Below are positions 1 through 8,562 of a DNA stretch of 48,437 nt, in pieces. A model generated the notes under the pieces. It did no database searches, was not told the origin of the DNA, and saw only the letters and a program-made list of their open reading frames with translations. A program made the position numbers and the translations under genes. Within the stretch, counting starts at the first letter, position 1; the number at the start of each line of letters is the position of its first letter. The DNA is from Candidatus Nomurabacteria bacterium (GTDB lineage Bacteria; Patescibacteriota; Minisyncoccia; Phycocordibacterales; UBA9973): the NCBI GenBank assembly GCA_943356375.1, contig CALRET010000001.1, forward strand, positions 1-48,437, in the 5' to 3' direction.

Positions 1-1
1 A

Positions 2-541
2 AAACAAGAAACAAGCGGTTCCCGAAACTGGTATGCTATCCATACATATGCGGGGTATGAAAACGCAGTGATGCGAAATCTAAAACAGCGTATCGAATCT
101 TTGGGTATGCATGACAAAATTTTTAATGTAATTGTCCCAACTGAAAAGAAGGTTAAAATCAAAGGAGGGAAACGTGTTGAAGCAGAAGAAAAAGTATTTC
201 CCGGATATATTTTGGTAGATATGATTGTTACCGATGATTCATGGTTTGTTGTGCGAAACACCCCCCGTGTTACTGGGTTCGTCGGTGCAGGAGTAAATCC
301 TGTCCCACTACTTCAAAGCGAAGTAGATTTTCTCTTCTCTAAGATGGATAATCAGACCGCTAAACACAACATTGATCTTATTATCGACGAAACAGTACTC
401 ATTACAGACGGTCCATTCCAAGGACACGAAGGTCGTGTGAGTGAAATCGATCACAATAGAGGGAAAGTCAAAATATTTGTTTCAATGTTCGGTCGCGAAA
501 CTCCAATGGAACTTGATTTCTTGCAGATAAAGAAGATCTAA
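2..541 (+). CDS. nusG: Transcription termination/antitermination factor NusG (5' end runs off the window)
   Basis: The frame stays open back to nt 2. Upstream residues read ...NWYAIHTYAGYENAV, the canonical NusG N-terminal start. KOW-like C-terminus ITDGPFQGHEGRVSEID...GKVKIFVSMFGRETPMELDF. Conserved nusG-rplK order. Confidence 0.9.
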   Translation, partial: KQETSGSRNWYAIHTYAGYENAVMRNLKQRIESLGMHDKIFNVIVPTEKKVKIKGGKRVEAEEKVFPGYILVDMIVTDDSWFVVRNTPRVTGFVGAGVNPVPLLQSEVDFLFSKMDNQTAKHNIDLIIDETVLITDGPFQGHEGRVSEIDHNRGKVKIFVSMFGRETPMELDFLQIKKI

Positions 542-550
542 TGTAATCGT

Positions 551-579
551 TTGACCTTAGGTTGAAAATCTGTTAATGT
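551..579 (+). promoter_or_regulatory. Candidate sigma70-type promoter for rplK
   Basis: TTGACC (551-556), 17-nt spacer, TAATGT (574-579), in the nusG-rplK spacer. Confidence 0.3.
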
Positions 580-620
580 ACTCACGTTACGCTTTTGCTT
601 CAAACAGTAGTACTAATTTA

Positions 621-648
621 CTACTTTCTACTAACTACTTACTAAATA
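621..648 (+). repeat. Degenerate heptamer array x4
   Basis: CTACTTT CTACTAA CTACTTA CTAAATA, ending 1 nt before the rplK ATG. No Shine-Dalgarno sequence. Confidence 0.6.
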
Positions 649-649
649 T

Positions 650-1075
650 ATGGCTAAAAAAATTATCAAGAAGGTAAAACTAAATGTGCCAGCAGGAAAA
701 GCTACTCCTGCACCACCACTTGGACCTGCACTCGGTCAAGCTGGTGTTAACATTGGAGATTTCGTTCAGAAATTCAATGCACAGACTCAGAGTATGATGG
801 GTGAGACTGTCGGTGTTGCGCTCACTGTCTACGAAGACCGAACATATGACTTTATTGTCAAAACTCCACCAGTAGCAGGACTTATATTCAAAGCTGCAGG
901 TGTTGAGAAAGGTTCAGGAAAACCAAATACCGCAAAAGTTGGAAGCATTACTAAAGCCCAACTTCAGGCGATTGCAGAAAAGAAAATGCCGGACCTTAAT
1001 GCGAATGATATCGAAGCAGCAATGAAAATTGTTGCAGGATCAGCAAGACAGGCAGGTATTGAAATCAAAGGATAA
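650..1075 (+). CDS. rplK: 50S ribosomal protein L11
   Basis: [43 protein letters not shown] is the classic L11 N-terminus. 141 aa. Confidence 0.95.
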   Translation: MAKKIIKKVKLNVPAGKATPAPPLGPALGQAGVNIGDFVQKFNAQTQSMMGETVGVALTVYEDRTYDFIVKTPPVAGLIFKAAGVEKGSGKPNTAKVGSITKAQLQAIAEKKMPDLNANDIEAAMKIVAGSARQAGIEIKG

Positions 1076-1093
1076 TACATAATTATCAAAATG

Positions 1094-1119
1094 AAAACCC
1101 CTCGACTGAGGGGTTTTTG
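1094..1119. terminator. Intrinsic terminator hairpin, likely bidirectional (rplK / convergent dcd-like gene)
   Basis: AAAACCCCTC GACT GAGGGGTTTT, with a T-run on the plus strand and an A-run upstream. Confidence 0.7.
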
Positions 1120-1157
1120 TTTGTCCGAACAGTGTAAGTGTACACTGTTTTAGGATT

Positions 1158-2267
1158 TTACATCTTGAATTGTTTTCCAAGTCGTGGACCGTCTTGTACG
1201 GTGTAATTCGATGCGATCGTGTCGTAGATGATAGTAGGCGTCTTTGCCATTTTCTCATATGTTGATCGTGCAAATGGCTGGTTGTCTCTGATATACATAT
1301 CTTCAGAAGAAATAACCTCAAACACAATTGGTCTTCCTTGTACCTCGCCATGTTTTCCATACCCCCATCCTGGATCAACAAACCCGGCAAAATGGCTTCG
1401 AAATTCTCCCAATCGGTCATCCATAAAGACGATCTCCACTGCATAATCAGGTGGTACTACCATGTGCTCATGAGAACACATGATGTAAAACCTACCTTTT
1501 TTCATTAAATAGAGTTCGTCATTGGCATAAATCTCTTCCCAGAAATCATCTTTCGGATAGTGATTTATTTTTGCCACATCAATAACTTCTTTTGTTTGTT
1601 TTGCAACATATCCAAAAGGAGAAGCATTTTTCATGTCGATGGTTAGCATGACCGATGATGTCGCATCATGTGAATCCATGTTTTTGAAATTTATCTGACG
1701 CTTTTGTGTGTTGCTGATCGGTTCGTAGAGTATCCCTGTTTTTTGCATTAAAATCTCAAGCTCATCCGAATGTAATCTTGTATCTGTGTTGAGGATACGC
1801 AATTGATTCAGCGATGTTCCTGGATGCAGAAGCACATTAAATACTTTTGGCGAAACCAATGCCCACATTTCTCCACTCCATCCGGCTGGCCACAAACAAT
1901 CATATTTGGACACTCGATCTACTTGTAGTCGTGCGTGGATGCCTAGTCGCCCTGTTGATGATTTTGGGTTTGCCATACCGTAGATATTTCTTGGAAAATC
2001 AATCACCTCATTAATTTTTATGAGATATGTTTTTGATTTCAGAAACGGTTTGGTCAAACTGTGTTTTTTTGTATCAATCTTGCTCATATACGAACGTATT
2101 GTTTCTCCTGGAGGGGTTTGAAACGGTGCGCGTATTTCATAGCACTCTTCGGATAATGTGAGATCGAGTGACGATGGTTTAATATTTTCTGGGTTTAGAT
2201 TCTTAATAAATCCATTGTTTGCCAGTTCTCCTATATCAATATTGGAAAGAGCTCCAAATCCTTTCAT
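1158..2267 (-). CDS. dCTP deaminase-like protein, long (~370 aa) DCD-family form
   Basis: Motifs ANPKSSTGRLGIHARL and FAGFVDPGWGYG match the dCTP deaminase/dUTPase-fold signatures. The size fits the two-lobed 2'-deoxycytidine 5'-triphosphate deaminase family. Start chosen at MKGFGALS (2267) rather than the ORF-track extension to 2378. Confidence 0.55.
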   Translation of the reverse strand: MKGFGALSNIDIGELANNGFIKNLNPENIKPSSLDLTLSEECYEIRAPFQTPPGETIRSYMSKIDTKKHSLTKPFLKSKTYLIKINEVIDFPRNIYGMANPKSSTGRLGIHARLQVDRVSKYDCLWPAGWSGEMWALVSPKVFNVLLHPGTSLNQLRILNTDTRLHSDELEILMQKTGILYEPISNTQKRQINFKNMDSHDATSSVMLTIDMKNASPFGYVAKQTKEVIDVAKINHYPKDDFWEEIYANDELYLMKKGRFYIMCSHEHMVVPPDYAVEIVFMDDRLGEFRSHFAGFVDPGWGYGKHGEVQGRPIVFEVISSEDMYIRDNQPFARSTYEKMAKTPTIIYDTIASNYTVQDGPRLGKQFKM

Positions 2268-2324
2268 AAACAAAATTATTTTTTCTACCGTAACACTACC
2301 ATATGGAGTAAGGAGTGTCAAAAC

Positions 2325-2359
2325 TGAACAGATAGTAGTTGGTAGTGAGTAGTTTGTAG
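2325..2359 (-). repeat. Degenerate heptamer array x5
   Basis: The minus strand reads CTACAAA CTACTCA CTACCAA CTACTAT CTGTTCA, upstream of the dcd-like gene. Confidence 0.6.
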
Positions 2360-2412
2360 TAAAAATACAAATTATCAATATAATATAAGATTTTATTGAT
2401 AATTGTTGTAAA

Positions 2413-2440
2413 CTATAGTCTTTTATCTATAACCTGACTA
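2413..2440 (+). repeat. Degenerate heptamer array x4
   Basis: CTATAGT CTTTTAT CTATAAC CTGACTA. Confidence 0.55.
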
Positions 2441-2474
2441 TTAAAAAATAAAAAACCGGTCGCAATGACCGGTT
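2441..2474 (-). terminator. Intrinsic terminator of the thyX-like gene
   Basis: AACCGGTC GCAAT GACCGGTT hairpin. On the minus strand it is followed by TTTTTTATTTTTT. Confidence 0.7.
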
Positions 2475-2481
2475 TGTAAAA

Positions 2482-3930
2482 CTACGATGTAGTTTTCTTT
2501 TCTGTAATATCCTGTGTTCCACGTTTTATACTGAAGGCATCAGGATTCATGTCAACATGTAGAGCTAACTGAAATCCATTTTCAGTAAACCATTCTTTGA
2601 GGTAGGTGGCCATTTGCTGTTCGGGAATTCTAAATGTCGGATGTACAGTCTGCTGTGTGCGCAGTTCGCATACATATACATACTCAGGAAGGCATCCTGT
2701 GGTTTCAGTTTGAACTGTGTATCCCATAGGAATATAGTTTTGCGCCTCTTCTCTTGATATAGAGAGTAACAGTTTATTTAGTTTCTCTTTAAATAGCCAT
2801 AAATGTTTCTCTGCTTCTTTTCGGAGGGATTCAGGTAACTGTTCCATATACCACGGAAAGAAACCGTGTTGCGTATGAAGTAATGGCATTTTAAGTACCC
2901 AAGGACGATGACGCTGCATATCACGGAACGATCCGAAGTCTATCGGAAAAGTGACTCTAATTTGCCCACATTCATTTACAAGAGAGGGAAGTAGAGAATG
3001 CTGGGGTCTGTGTTCAAGAGGACCACGATATTTTTCCAAATCGTTCACATCCAGAGTATTTTTAAGTACTGTGAACGGTTGATACGGCAAGTCAAAGTAA
3101 GTAAACTCTTTTGCGCATTTTGCATTATATGCAACCTGGTCATGATATTCTTTGTGTCCAAAACTATCAGGATATGTTTCTTTTAAAGCAACAAGGACCT
3201 GATCCGCAATCTCTGAAATCTCCGAAACAGGATGCATGCGCAAAATATCGAGACGATTTTTTGCGTGCTGTAAACTGGTTGTCCAAGAGAGGTATGTTGT
3301 AACACCGGCCGGTAAGAACCCACGAGCAATATCAAATGCTTTTGCTTTAATCCCTTTTTCATAATTCAGATCAAATTTTGCAATTTCATCTGGTTCCGTT
3401 TTATCACATTTTGGTTTTGGAAAACGAAGCTTAAGATCAGGAACAAGTTCAGCAAGTACTTTCTCGTAAAACGCCATGCTTTCCTTTTGCAAATCTTCTC
3501 CTCTTTGAGTTCCGGCAGGATTTTTAGTCGCCTGAAGAGACATATTGAGATAGCGAGTGCTTGATTCTTGTCCATCATACAAAGCTGAGTCTTGAAAAGC
3601 TTTTGCAACAAGCATTGAAACATTTTCGAGACAAATAGTAGTATACCCGCATTGACCGATAGAACCGTGTCCATAGCCAACATAAAATGTTCCCATTATT
3701 TGTTTTGTTCCGTCTTTGCGAAGTTTCTCAAAATGCTTGAGAACGCTTTTAGGATCACGAGAATACAGTGCCTGTATCATCGCATTATCTTCAGGATTTA
3801 ATCCATCGATAACAATTACTCTTCTGTCTTCCGATAAGTATTTTACGGCAAGATTTATTGATTTTTGTCTGTGTCCCGCAATCTCTTCTTTATTGATTAC
3901 GGGGATTTCTAATCCATTTTGGGTTGTCAT
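2482..3930 (-). CDS. ThyX-like (flavin-dependent thymidylate synthase family) protein, long duplicated-lobe form
   Basis: The N-terminal half has GYGHGSIGQCG...LENVS...YDGQESSTRYL, matching the ThyX H-x-S...vS...Q-x-S-x-RY pattern. The C-terminal half has FRDMQRHRPW (RHR motif) and ELRTQQTVHPTFR. 482 aa is about twice a canonical ThyX monomer. Confidence 0.45.
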   Translation of the reverse strand: MTTQNGLEIPVINKEEIAGHRQKSINLAVKYLSEDRRVIVIDGLNPEDNAMIQALYSRDPKSVLKHFEKLRKDGTKQIMGTFYVGYGHGSIGQCGYTTICLENVSMLVAKAFQDSALYDGQESSTRYLNMSLQATKNPAGTQRGEDLQKESMAFYEKVLAELVPDLKLRFPKPKCDKTEPDEIAKFDLNYEKGIKAKAFDIARGFLPAGVTTYLSWTTSLQHAKNRLDILRMHPVSEISEIADQVLVALKETYPDSFGHKEYHDQVAYNAKCAKEFTYFDLPYQPFTVLKNTLDVNDLEKYRGPLEHRPQHSLLPSLVNECGQIRVTFPIDFGSFRDMQRHRPWVLKMPLLHTQHGFFPWYMEQLPESLRKEAEKHLWLFKEKLNKLLLSISREEAQNYIPMGYTVQTETTGCLPEYVYVCELRTQQTVHPTFRIPEQQMATYLKEWFTENGFQLALHVDMNPDAFSIKRGTQDITEKKTTS

Positions 3931-3979
3931 GGTGCAAATTATTTTTTCGTCTGACTCTAATCTATACTTAAATAAGAAT

Positions 3980-4019
3980 TTGTCAAAGCTTTGACAAGGT
4001 TATTTTTTTGTATTAATAT
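3980..4019. promoter_or_regulatory. Divergent promoter region with 18-nt perfect palindrome overlapping the -35 elements
   Basis: TTGTCAAAGCTTTGACAA (3980-3997). For the plus-strand gene: TTGACA (3991-3996), 17 nt, TAATAT (4014-4019). The mirror TTGACA/TTGTCA is available for the minus-strand thyX-like gene. Confidence 0.4.
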
Positions 4020-4047
4020 CCAATCAGATTAAAAAGTTTTTTTATGT

Positions 4048-4719
4048 ATGGAATATGAATATAAACCATTTCTTATTGGTATTGATATGGATATGGTTAG
4101 TGCTGATTATGAGACTCCGGGTGGTATTTTCTTACAGCTATGGGAAAAACGATTGCCTGGTGTTAAATATCTGGGATGTAAAGAATCTCCTCACTGGATG
4201 GTTGAAAAGAATTACCATCTATTTCATCAGCCGATCATTAATAAAATGTTTATGAAACCGCCAAAAGGGTTTTATCTCAGGCTTGAGCCAATGAAGGGTG
4301 CCATTGACGCAATCAAAGAACTTCAAAAAATAGCTGAAGTGGTCATGGTAACTACACCGGTATATGAGGCAGATGGGCACAATCTCAGTTTAAAGGAATT
4401 GGCAGAGCGCGATCAATTGTGGTCACGAGTTGTTACTGAAAAAAAAGAATGGCTTCGCAATTATTTAGGGAAAGACGCGCCACCACTCATACCACTTTCT
4501 GATAAAACTATGTTCCATGGTGATATATTGATTGATGATCGTCCGGGTAGTGGGGAAGCAAAACGGAGAAAACCATCATATATACATGTACTCTATGATG
4601 ATAATTATTTGTACAACAGAAACAGAAAGGTTAAACACAAGATGAATTGGGGAACATATACGAAAGTTATACCTCTAGTCTTGGAAGAAGTAGAAGAAAA
4701 ACGCAGAATAGCTGCATAA
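4048..4719 (+). CDS. 5'(3')-deoxyribonucleotidase, NT5C/HAD family
   Basis: HAD motif I IGIDMDMVSADYE (DxDxV), VMVTTP, EKKEWLRNYLG and DILIDDRP match the NT5C layout. Confidence 0.6.
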   Translation: MEYEYKPFLIGIDMDMVSADYETPGGIFLQLWEKRLPGVKYLGCKESPHWMVEKNYHLFHQPIINKMFMKPPKGFYLRLEPMKGAIDAIKELQKIAEVVMVTTPVYEADGHNLSLKELAERDQLWSRVVTEKKEWLRNYLGKDAPPLIPLSDKTMFHGDILIDDRPGSGEAKRRKPSYIHVLYDDNYLYNRNRKVKHKMNWGTYTKVIPLVLEEVEEKRRIAA

Positions 4720-4724
4720 TACAC

Positions 4725-4746
4725 AAAGCCGAGTAATCGGCTTTTT
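4725..4746 (+). terminator. Intrinsic terminator
   Basis: AAAGCCGA GTAA TCGGCTTT followed by TT. Confidence 0.65.
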
Positions 4747-4801
4747 ATATTGTATTTTCAGTTTTCTGTGTTAGTCTGTGCTCAGACGTTATTTATATTC
4801 T

Positions 4802-5848
4802 ATGATTCCAGTGCAGTGTAAGGCAAAGTGGGATACCACTACAAAAGGATTGTGTATTCCCAGTTCAGTACAGTACACAGAAGAACAAAAGAAGGATTTA
4901 GAATGTATTATTTCCAGCTACGCAAAAGAGTGTGGTATGTCTGAAGTGGAGGTTCTGGATGTCCTTCAGAGCGCTATAACGCAATCACATGAAATGTACC
5001 AATATCTCTCTATTGGGATACTGGTGAGCATGGGTCTATATCGGACCAAGTCACGAGCGATTGTAGCTTCGGTGTTTGCTAGAAGTGAAGATGGTGTCGT
5101 GGTCCGTTATCAAAAAACAAAAAGGATGTTATTCGTTAAACGGATTGGTCCGCGTAAATTTTTTGAACGAGTGCTTGACTATATACCTGACGGTAAAGCA
5201 CGTTGGGATAATGCTCATACTTACAAAGAGAAAAAGAGTATCAAGCAAAAGACTGCGCATCCTCAGATTGAAATCGTTAAGGTGGATACGCAAAAATTTG
5301 AAGAGTTGCGGTCTCGAGTGTATGTACAGTTAAAAACTTTTCCGGTACACCGTTCTTCTCAGATCATTCTTTCATCGATAGAATCTTTCTCGGGTATACA
5401 TAAGGAAAAATTGGTACTTGCCCAAGGGAAAAGGTCTAACGGTTCTCGTGTGAGGACTAAACGGGTGTATTCTGATTTGAGGAAAATATTTTTTTCAGCA
5501 ATGAAGGAAGTGTATGGAAATGAAATTTCATTAATTTTTCTTGCATCATTTTTTACACCCAAAGGAGAGATGCCAAATCATTCCAATGTACAACTCTCAA
5601 TCAAAGACCATAAATTCCTGATTGAAAACGACAAGTATTATATGGATACATTTTTTATTTTTCTTACCCACGTCTCATTTGTTTTGAATGCATACCTCTT
5701 GTATGAAGAAGAATTTGCACGTTTGGATAGCGATACTGTAGATCTTGAAAAGAGGAAGAAGGAAATATTCGATGGGATTATTTTGAGTGCGAGAAAAAAT
5801 CTCATACATGTACATACAGAAAATAAGAGAGAAGTAGTTATTGCTTAA
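4802..5848 (+). CDS. Hypothetical protein, paralog 1, with DnaA-domain-IV-like C-terminal HTH
   Basis: The segment ...RTKRVYSDLRKIFFSAMKEVYGNEISLIFLASFF...NHSNVQLSIK follows the DnaA C-terminal pattern (R..aRqiamyL..e.t..S...Ig..fg.rdHsTV.ha..k). The N-terminus (KAKWD..K..IP...YTEE) resembles the next gene. ATG at 4802 preferred over GTG at 4778. Confidence 0.4.
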   Translation: MIPVQCKAKWDTTTKGLCIPSSVQYTEEQKKDLECIISSYAKECGMSEVEVLDVLQSAITQSHEMYQYLSIGILVSMGLYRTKSRAIVASVFARSEDGVVVRYQKTKRMLFVKRIGPRKFFERVLDYIPDGKARWDNAHTYKEKKSIKQKTAHPQIEIVKVDTQKFEELRSRVYVQLKTFPVHRSSQIILSSIESFSGIHKEKLVLAQGKRSNGSRVRTKRVYSDLRKIFFSAMKEVYGNEISLIFLASFFTPKGEMPNHSNVQLSIKDHKFLIENDKYYMDTFFIFLTHVSFVLNAYLLYEEEFARLDSDTVDLEKRKKEIFDGIILSARKNLIHVHTENKREVVIA

Positions 5849-5851
5849 CAT

Positions 5852-5880
5852 AACCCCTCCTGATACGGAGGGGTTTTCGT
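5852..5880 (+). terminator. Intrinsic terminator
   Basis: AACCCCTCC TGATAC GGAGGGGTT followed by TTCGTTT. Confidence 0.65.
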
Positions 5881-5927
5881 TTGCTAATATAATACTTTTA
5901 TTGTAGTCTAAAGAAAAAATTTGTTCC

Positions 5928-6779
5928 ATGACAAAGAAGAAAGAATCGATCACTGCTCGTCCAAAATGGAATGCGGAAAGGAAAGTCTTTATTATCCCAA
6001 AAAAATCCGGTTACACAAAAGAAGAATCCGAGGTGATTGGATACATAGGGGAGCTCTTGGTGTGTATGGCCGAAGATATGCATATTTCGGTAGAAAAAAT
6101 TCTTGCGCTCAGGGATTATCACAGTAATCCAAACCCAGATATTAGTGCTGCGCATCGATTCCTACTCAGGTTTATATATGAACATTTTCCAACTGCGATA
6201 CACTTGTTTCTCATTGTGTTATCAAAGACAGAAGAGAAAATGAAGCGATTTATTATTCATCAAAATCGATTCTTCTCTGACCCGACACACGAGATATCGT
6301 TTGATCGATATAACGGAATGTTTAAAAAACAGCATCCGGTTATCAGAAAAATTGTCTTTCCGAAACGCACCATTGCTATTCCTGAAGAGGTACAAGAATT
6401 CAAAATTCCTGAAGCGTTTAAAAAAGTGTCTCCAGTAGATCTCATTGAAATCATTTTTGAAACAGTGAAAGAAAAATTCAATATTGATCTTACGGTGTAT
6501 ACACTGGGCACTAAAGATAAATGCATCCCATACAATCTGTATGTATCGAGGAAAATAAGCATCGGTATCATCCTATTAACCTACGGAGAAAATTTTTCCT
6601 TCGTTGAGCTCCATAGACAGTTTGCTGGACGCTTGGAATATTCACAGATAAACAGCTCTATTGATCACTATAAAAATGAACATCACAAATGCATAATGGA
6701 AGATGCGGTATATAATATTTTATATGCGATTATCTATACTGCTATTCTCCAAAAAATAGAAGTCAAAAAAAGCCCTTGA
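5928..6779 (+). CDS. Hypothetical protein, paralog 2, with DnaA-domain-IV-like C-terminal HTH
   Basis: VSRKISIGIILLTYGENFSFVELHRQFAGRLEYSQINSSIDHYK follows the DnaA domain IV pattern. The N-terminus RPKWNAERKVFIIPKKSGYTKEE parallels paralog 1. Confidence 0.4.
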   Translation: MTKKKESITARPKWNAERKVFIIPKKSGYTKEESEVIGYIGELLVCMAEDMHISVEKILALRDYHSNPNPDISAAHRFLLRFIYEHFPTAIHLFLIVLSKTEEKMKRFIIHQNRFFSDPTHEISFDRYNGMFKKQHPVIRKIVFPKRTIAIPEEVQEFKIPEAFKKVSPVDLIEIIFETVKEKFNIDLTVYTLGTKDKCIPYNLYVSRKISIGIILLTYGENFSFVELHRQFAGRLEYSQINSSIDHYKNEHHKCIMEDAVYNILYAIIYTAILQKIEVKKSP

Positions 6780-6793
6780 TATAAGGGCTTTTT
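6768..6793 (+). terminator. Intrinsic terminator overlapping the stop codon
   Basis: AAAAGCCCTT GATAT AAGGGCTTTT followed by T. Confidence 0.6.
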
Positions 6794-6811
6794 ACATGCT
6801 ACTATGACGCT

Positions 6812-8521
6812 ATGATTACTGAAACTATACAGTCTGGAGTGACAAAGGCTTTGCAATCGCTCGGTCTCGAAGGCGATATCCGCCTTGAACATCCAGCAGA
6901 TCTCTCTCATGGAGATTATTCTACTAATGTCGCTTTTGTACTTGCAAAAAAAGAAGGTGAGAATCCTCGCGCGCTTGCAGAGAAAATCTGCGTAGAACTT
7001 AATAAAAATTTACCTCCTGAAATAGAAAAAATTGAAATCGCTGGTCCAGGATTTATTAATTTTTATTTATCAAAAATTTTTTTTATTGAACGTGTTAACT
7101 ATATTACAGCAAAACCAGATGAATGGGGGACAAACAAAATGCTTGCTGGTAAAAAAATAATGGTTGAATATACGGATCCAAATCCATTCAAACCATTTCA
7201 TATTGGGCATTTAATGACTAATACAATTGGTGAATCTATTGCACGTATTACTGAGGCAAATGGTGCAACAGTCGTTCGAGCAAACTATCAAGGTGATGTC
7301 GGACTTCATGTTGCAAAGGCGATATATGGCATGTTGAAAGAGGGTGGACCAGACGGAATGCTCCCGGCATCCCTACAAGCTGAGATTATCGGTACACGTT
7401 ATTCATGGGGTTCGAACGAATATGATACAAATGAAGAAACTAAAAAAGAAATCGATGCAATAAACAAAAAGATATACGAAAAAAGTGATAGTGAAATAAA
7501 TATTTTATATGAACACGGCAGAAAAGTTACCCTTGAGGCGTTTGAAGAGATATATAAATTATTGGGAACAAAATTCGTGCACTATTTCTTTGAATCAGAT
7601 ATGGCTGTCGTTGGGGCACAGATTGTAAAGGAGCATACAGGTCCTGTATTTGAAGAATCAGATGGTGCCATTGTCTTTTATGCTGAAAGATATAATCCAA
7701 AATTAAATCCGCGCGTGTTTATTACTGGCGCAGGACTCCCGACATATGAATGCAAAGAACTCGGTCTGACAAAAACAAAATTTGAAAAAGAAAATCCAGA
7801 TCTTTCCATAGTTATAACTGCAATAGAACAAGACAACTATATGAAAGTGGTTACCACTGCGCTCTCAGTTATTGCGCCAGATTGGGCATCTCGCATGAAG
7901 CACATTACACATGGAATGATGCGTTTGACCTCTGGTAAAATGTCTTCACGCAAAGGAAATATTATTACCGGCGAATCCATAATACGTGATTCAATTGCAT
8001 TAGTTGCAGAAAAAGTCGTAGAACGTGAAATGAGTGGAGATGATAAAAAGGCGATCGCACAGATTGTCGGTGTTGCTGCGCTCAAGTACTCAATTCTCAA
8101 ATCTTCAATCGGTTCGGATATCGTGTATGATCCAGAGAAATCAATTTCATTTGAAGGAGATTCGGGACCATATCTACAGTACACAGCAGTACGTGCACAG
8201 TCTATTATTGCAAAAGCGGGGAACAGTAAAATTATACAAGAAGTAGAACCGATAGAGGGTTATGTGATTACTAATTTAGAAAAAATAATATATGGATTTG
8301 AAGAAGTGGTTATCCATGCAAAAGAAGAATTCCAGCCACACCATATTACGACTTACTTAACAAAACTCGCGAGCGAATTTAACTCATTTTATGCAAATAC
8401 TAAAATTTTAGTTGATGATAATCCTTATAAAGACTATCATCTTGTACTAGTGAGTGCATTTTATATAACTATGAGAAATGGTCTTTATTTATTAGGTATT
8501 CAAACTCCGGAAAAAATGTAG
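6812..8521 (+). CDS. argS: Arginine--tRNA ligase
   Basis: Class I HIGH motif (PFHIGHLMTN). ArgRS N-terminal add-on domain (HPADLSHGDYSTNVAF). DALR-like C-terminus ending in M. 569 aa. Confidence 0.9.
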   Translation: MITETIQSGVTKALQSLGLEGDIRLEHPADLSHGDYSTNVAFVLAKKEGENPRALAEKICVELNKNLPPEIEKIEIAGPGFINFYLSKIFFIERVNYITAKPDEWGTNKMLAGKKIMVEYTDPNPFKPFHIGHLMTNTIGESIARITEANGATVVRANYQGDVGLHVAKAIYGMLKEGGPDGMLPASLQAEIIGTRYSWGSNEYDTNEETKKEIDAINKKIYEKSDSEINILYEHGRKVTLEAFEEIYKLLGTKFVHYFFESDMAVVGAQIVKEHTGPVFEESDGAIVFYAERYNPKLNPRVFITGAGLPTYECKELGLTKTKFEKENPDLSIVITAIEQDNYMKVVTTALSVIAPDWASRMKHITHGMMRLTSGKMSSRKGNIITGESIIRDSIALVAEKVVEREMSGDDKKAIAQIVGVAALKYSILKSSIGSDIVYDPEKSISFEGDSGPYLQYTAVRAQSIIAKAGNSKIIQEVEPIEGYVITNLEKIIYGFEEVVIHAKEEFQPHHITTYLTKLASEFNSFYANTKILVDDNPYKDYHLVLVSAFYITMRNGLYLLGIQTPEKM

Positions 8522-8524
8522 AGA

Positions 8525-8552
8525 CTAGGGTATAGCGGATAGCGTCTAGGAA
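8525..8552 (+). repeat. Degenerate heptamer array x4
   Basis: CTAGGGT ATAGCGG ATAGCGT CTAGGAA, starting 4 nt after the argS stop. Confidence 0.5.
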
Positions 8553-8562
8553 ATTCAAAAGA

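Noticed and set aside
1040-1444. 134-aa minus-strand ORF overlapping the rplK 3' end, the terminator and the dcd-like gene
   Set aside because: It is in a different frame over the well-supported dcd-like CDS and crosses an intrinsic terminator, so it is a shadow ORF.
2268-2378. N-terminal extensions of track ORFs (also 21170-21295, 23386-23667, 37244-37408, 4778-4801, 8833-8874, 29363-29392)
   Set aside because: The extensions cross heptamer arrays or promoters or overlap the divergent neighbour. They encode hydrophobic or low-complexity junk. Internal ATGs line up with the conserved N-termini of the recognised families.
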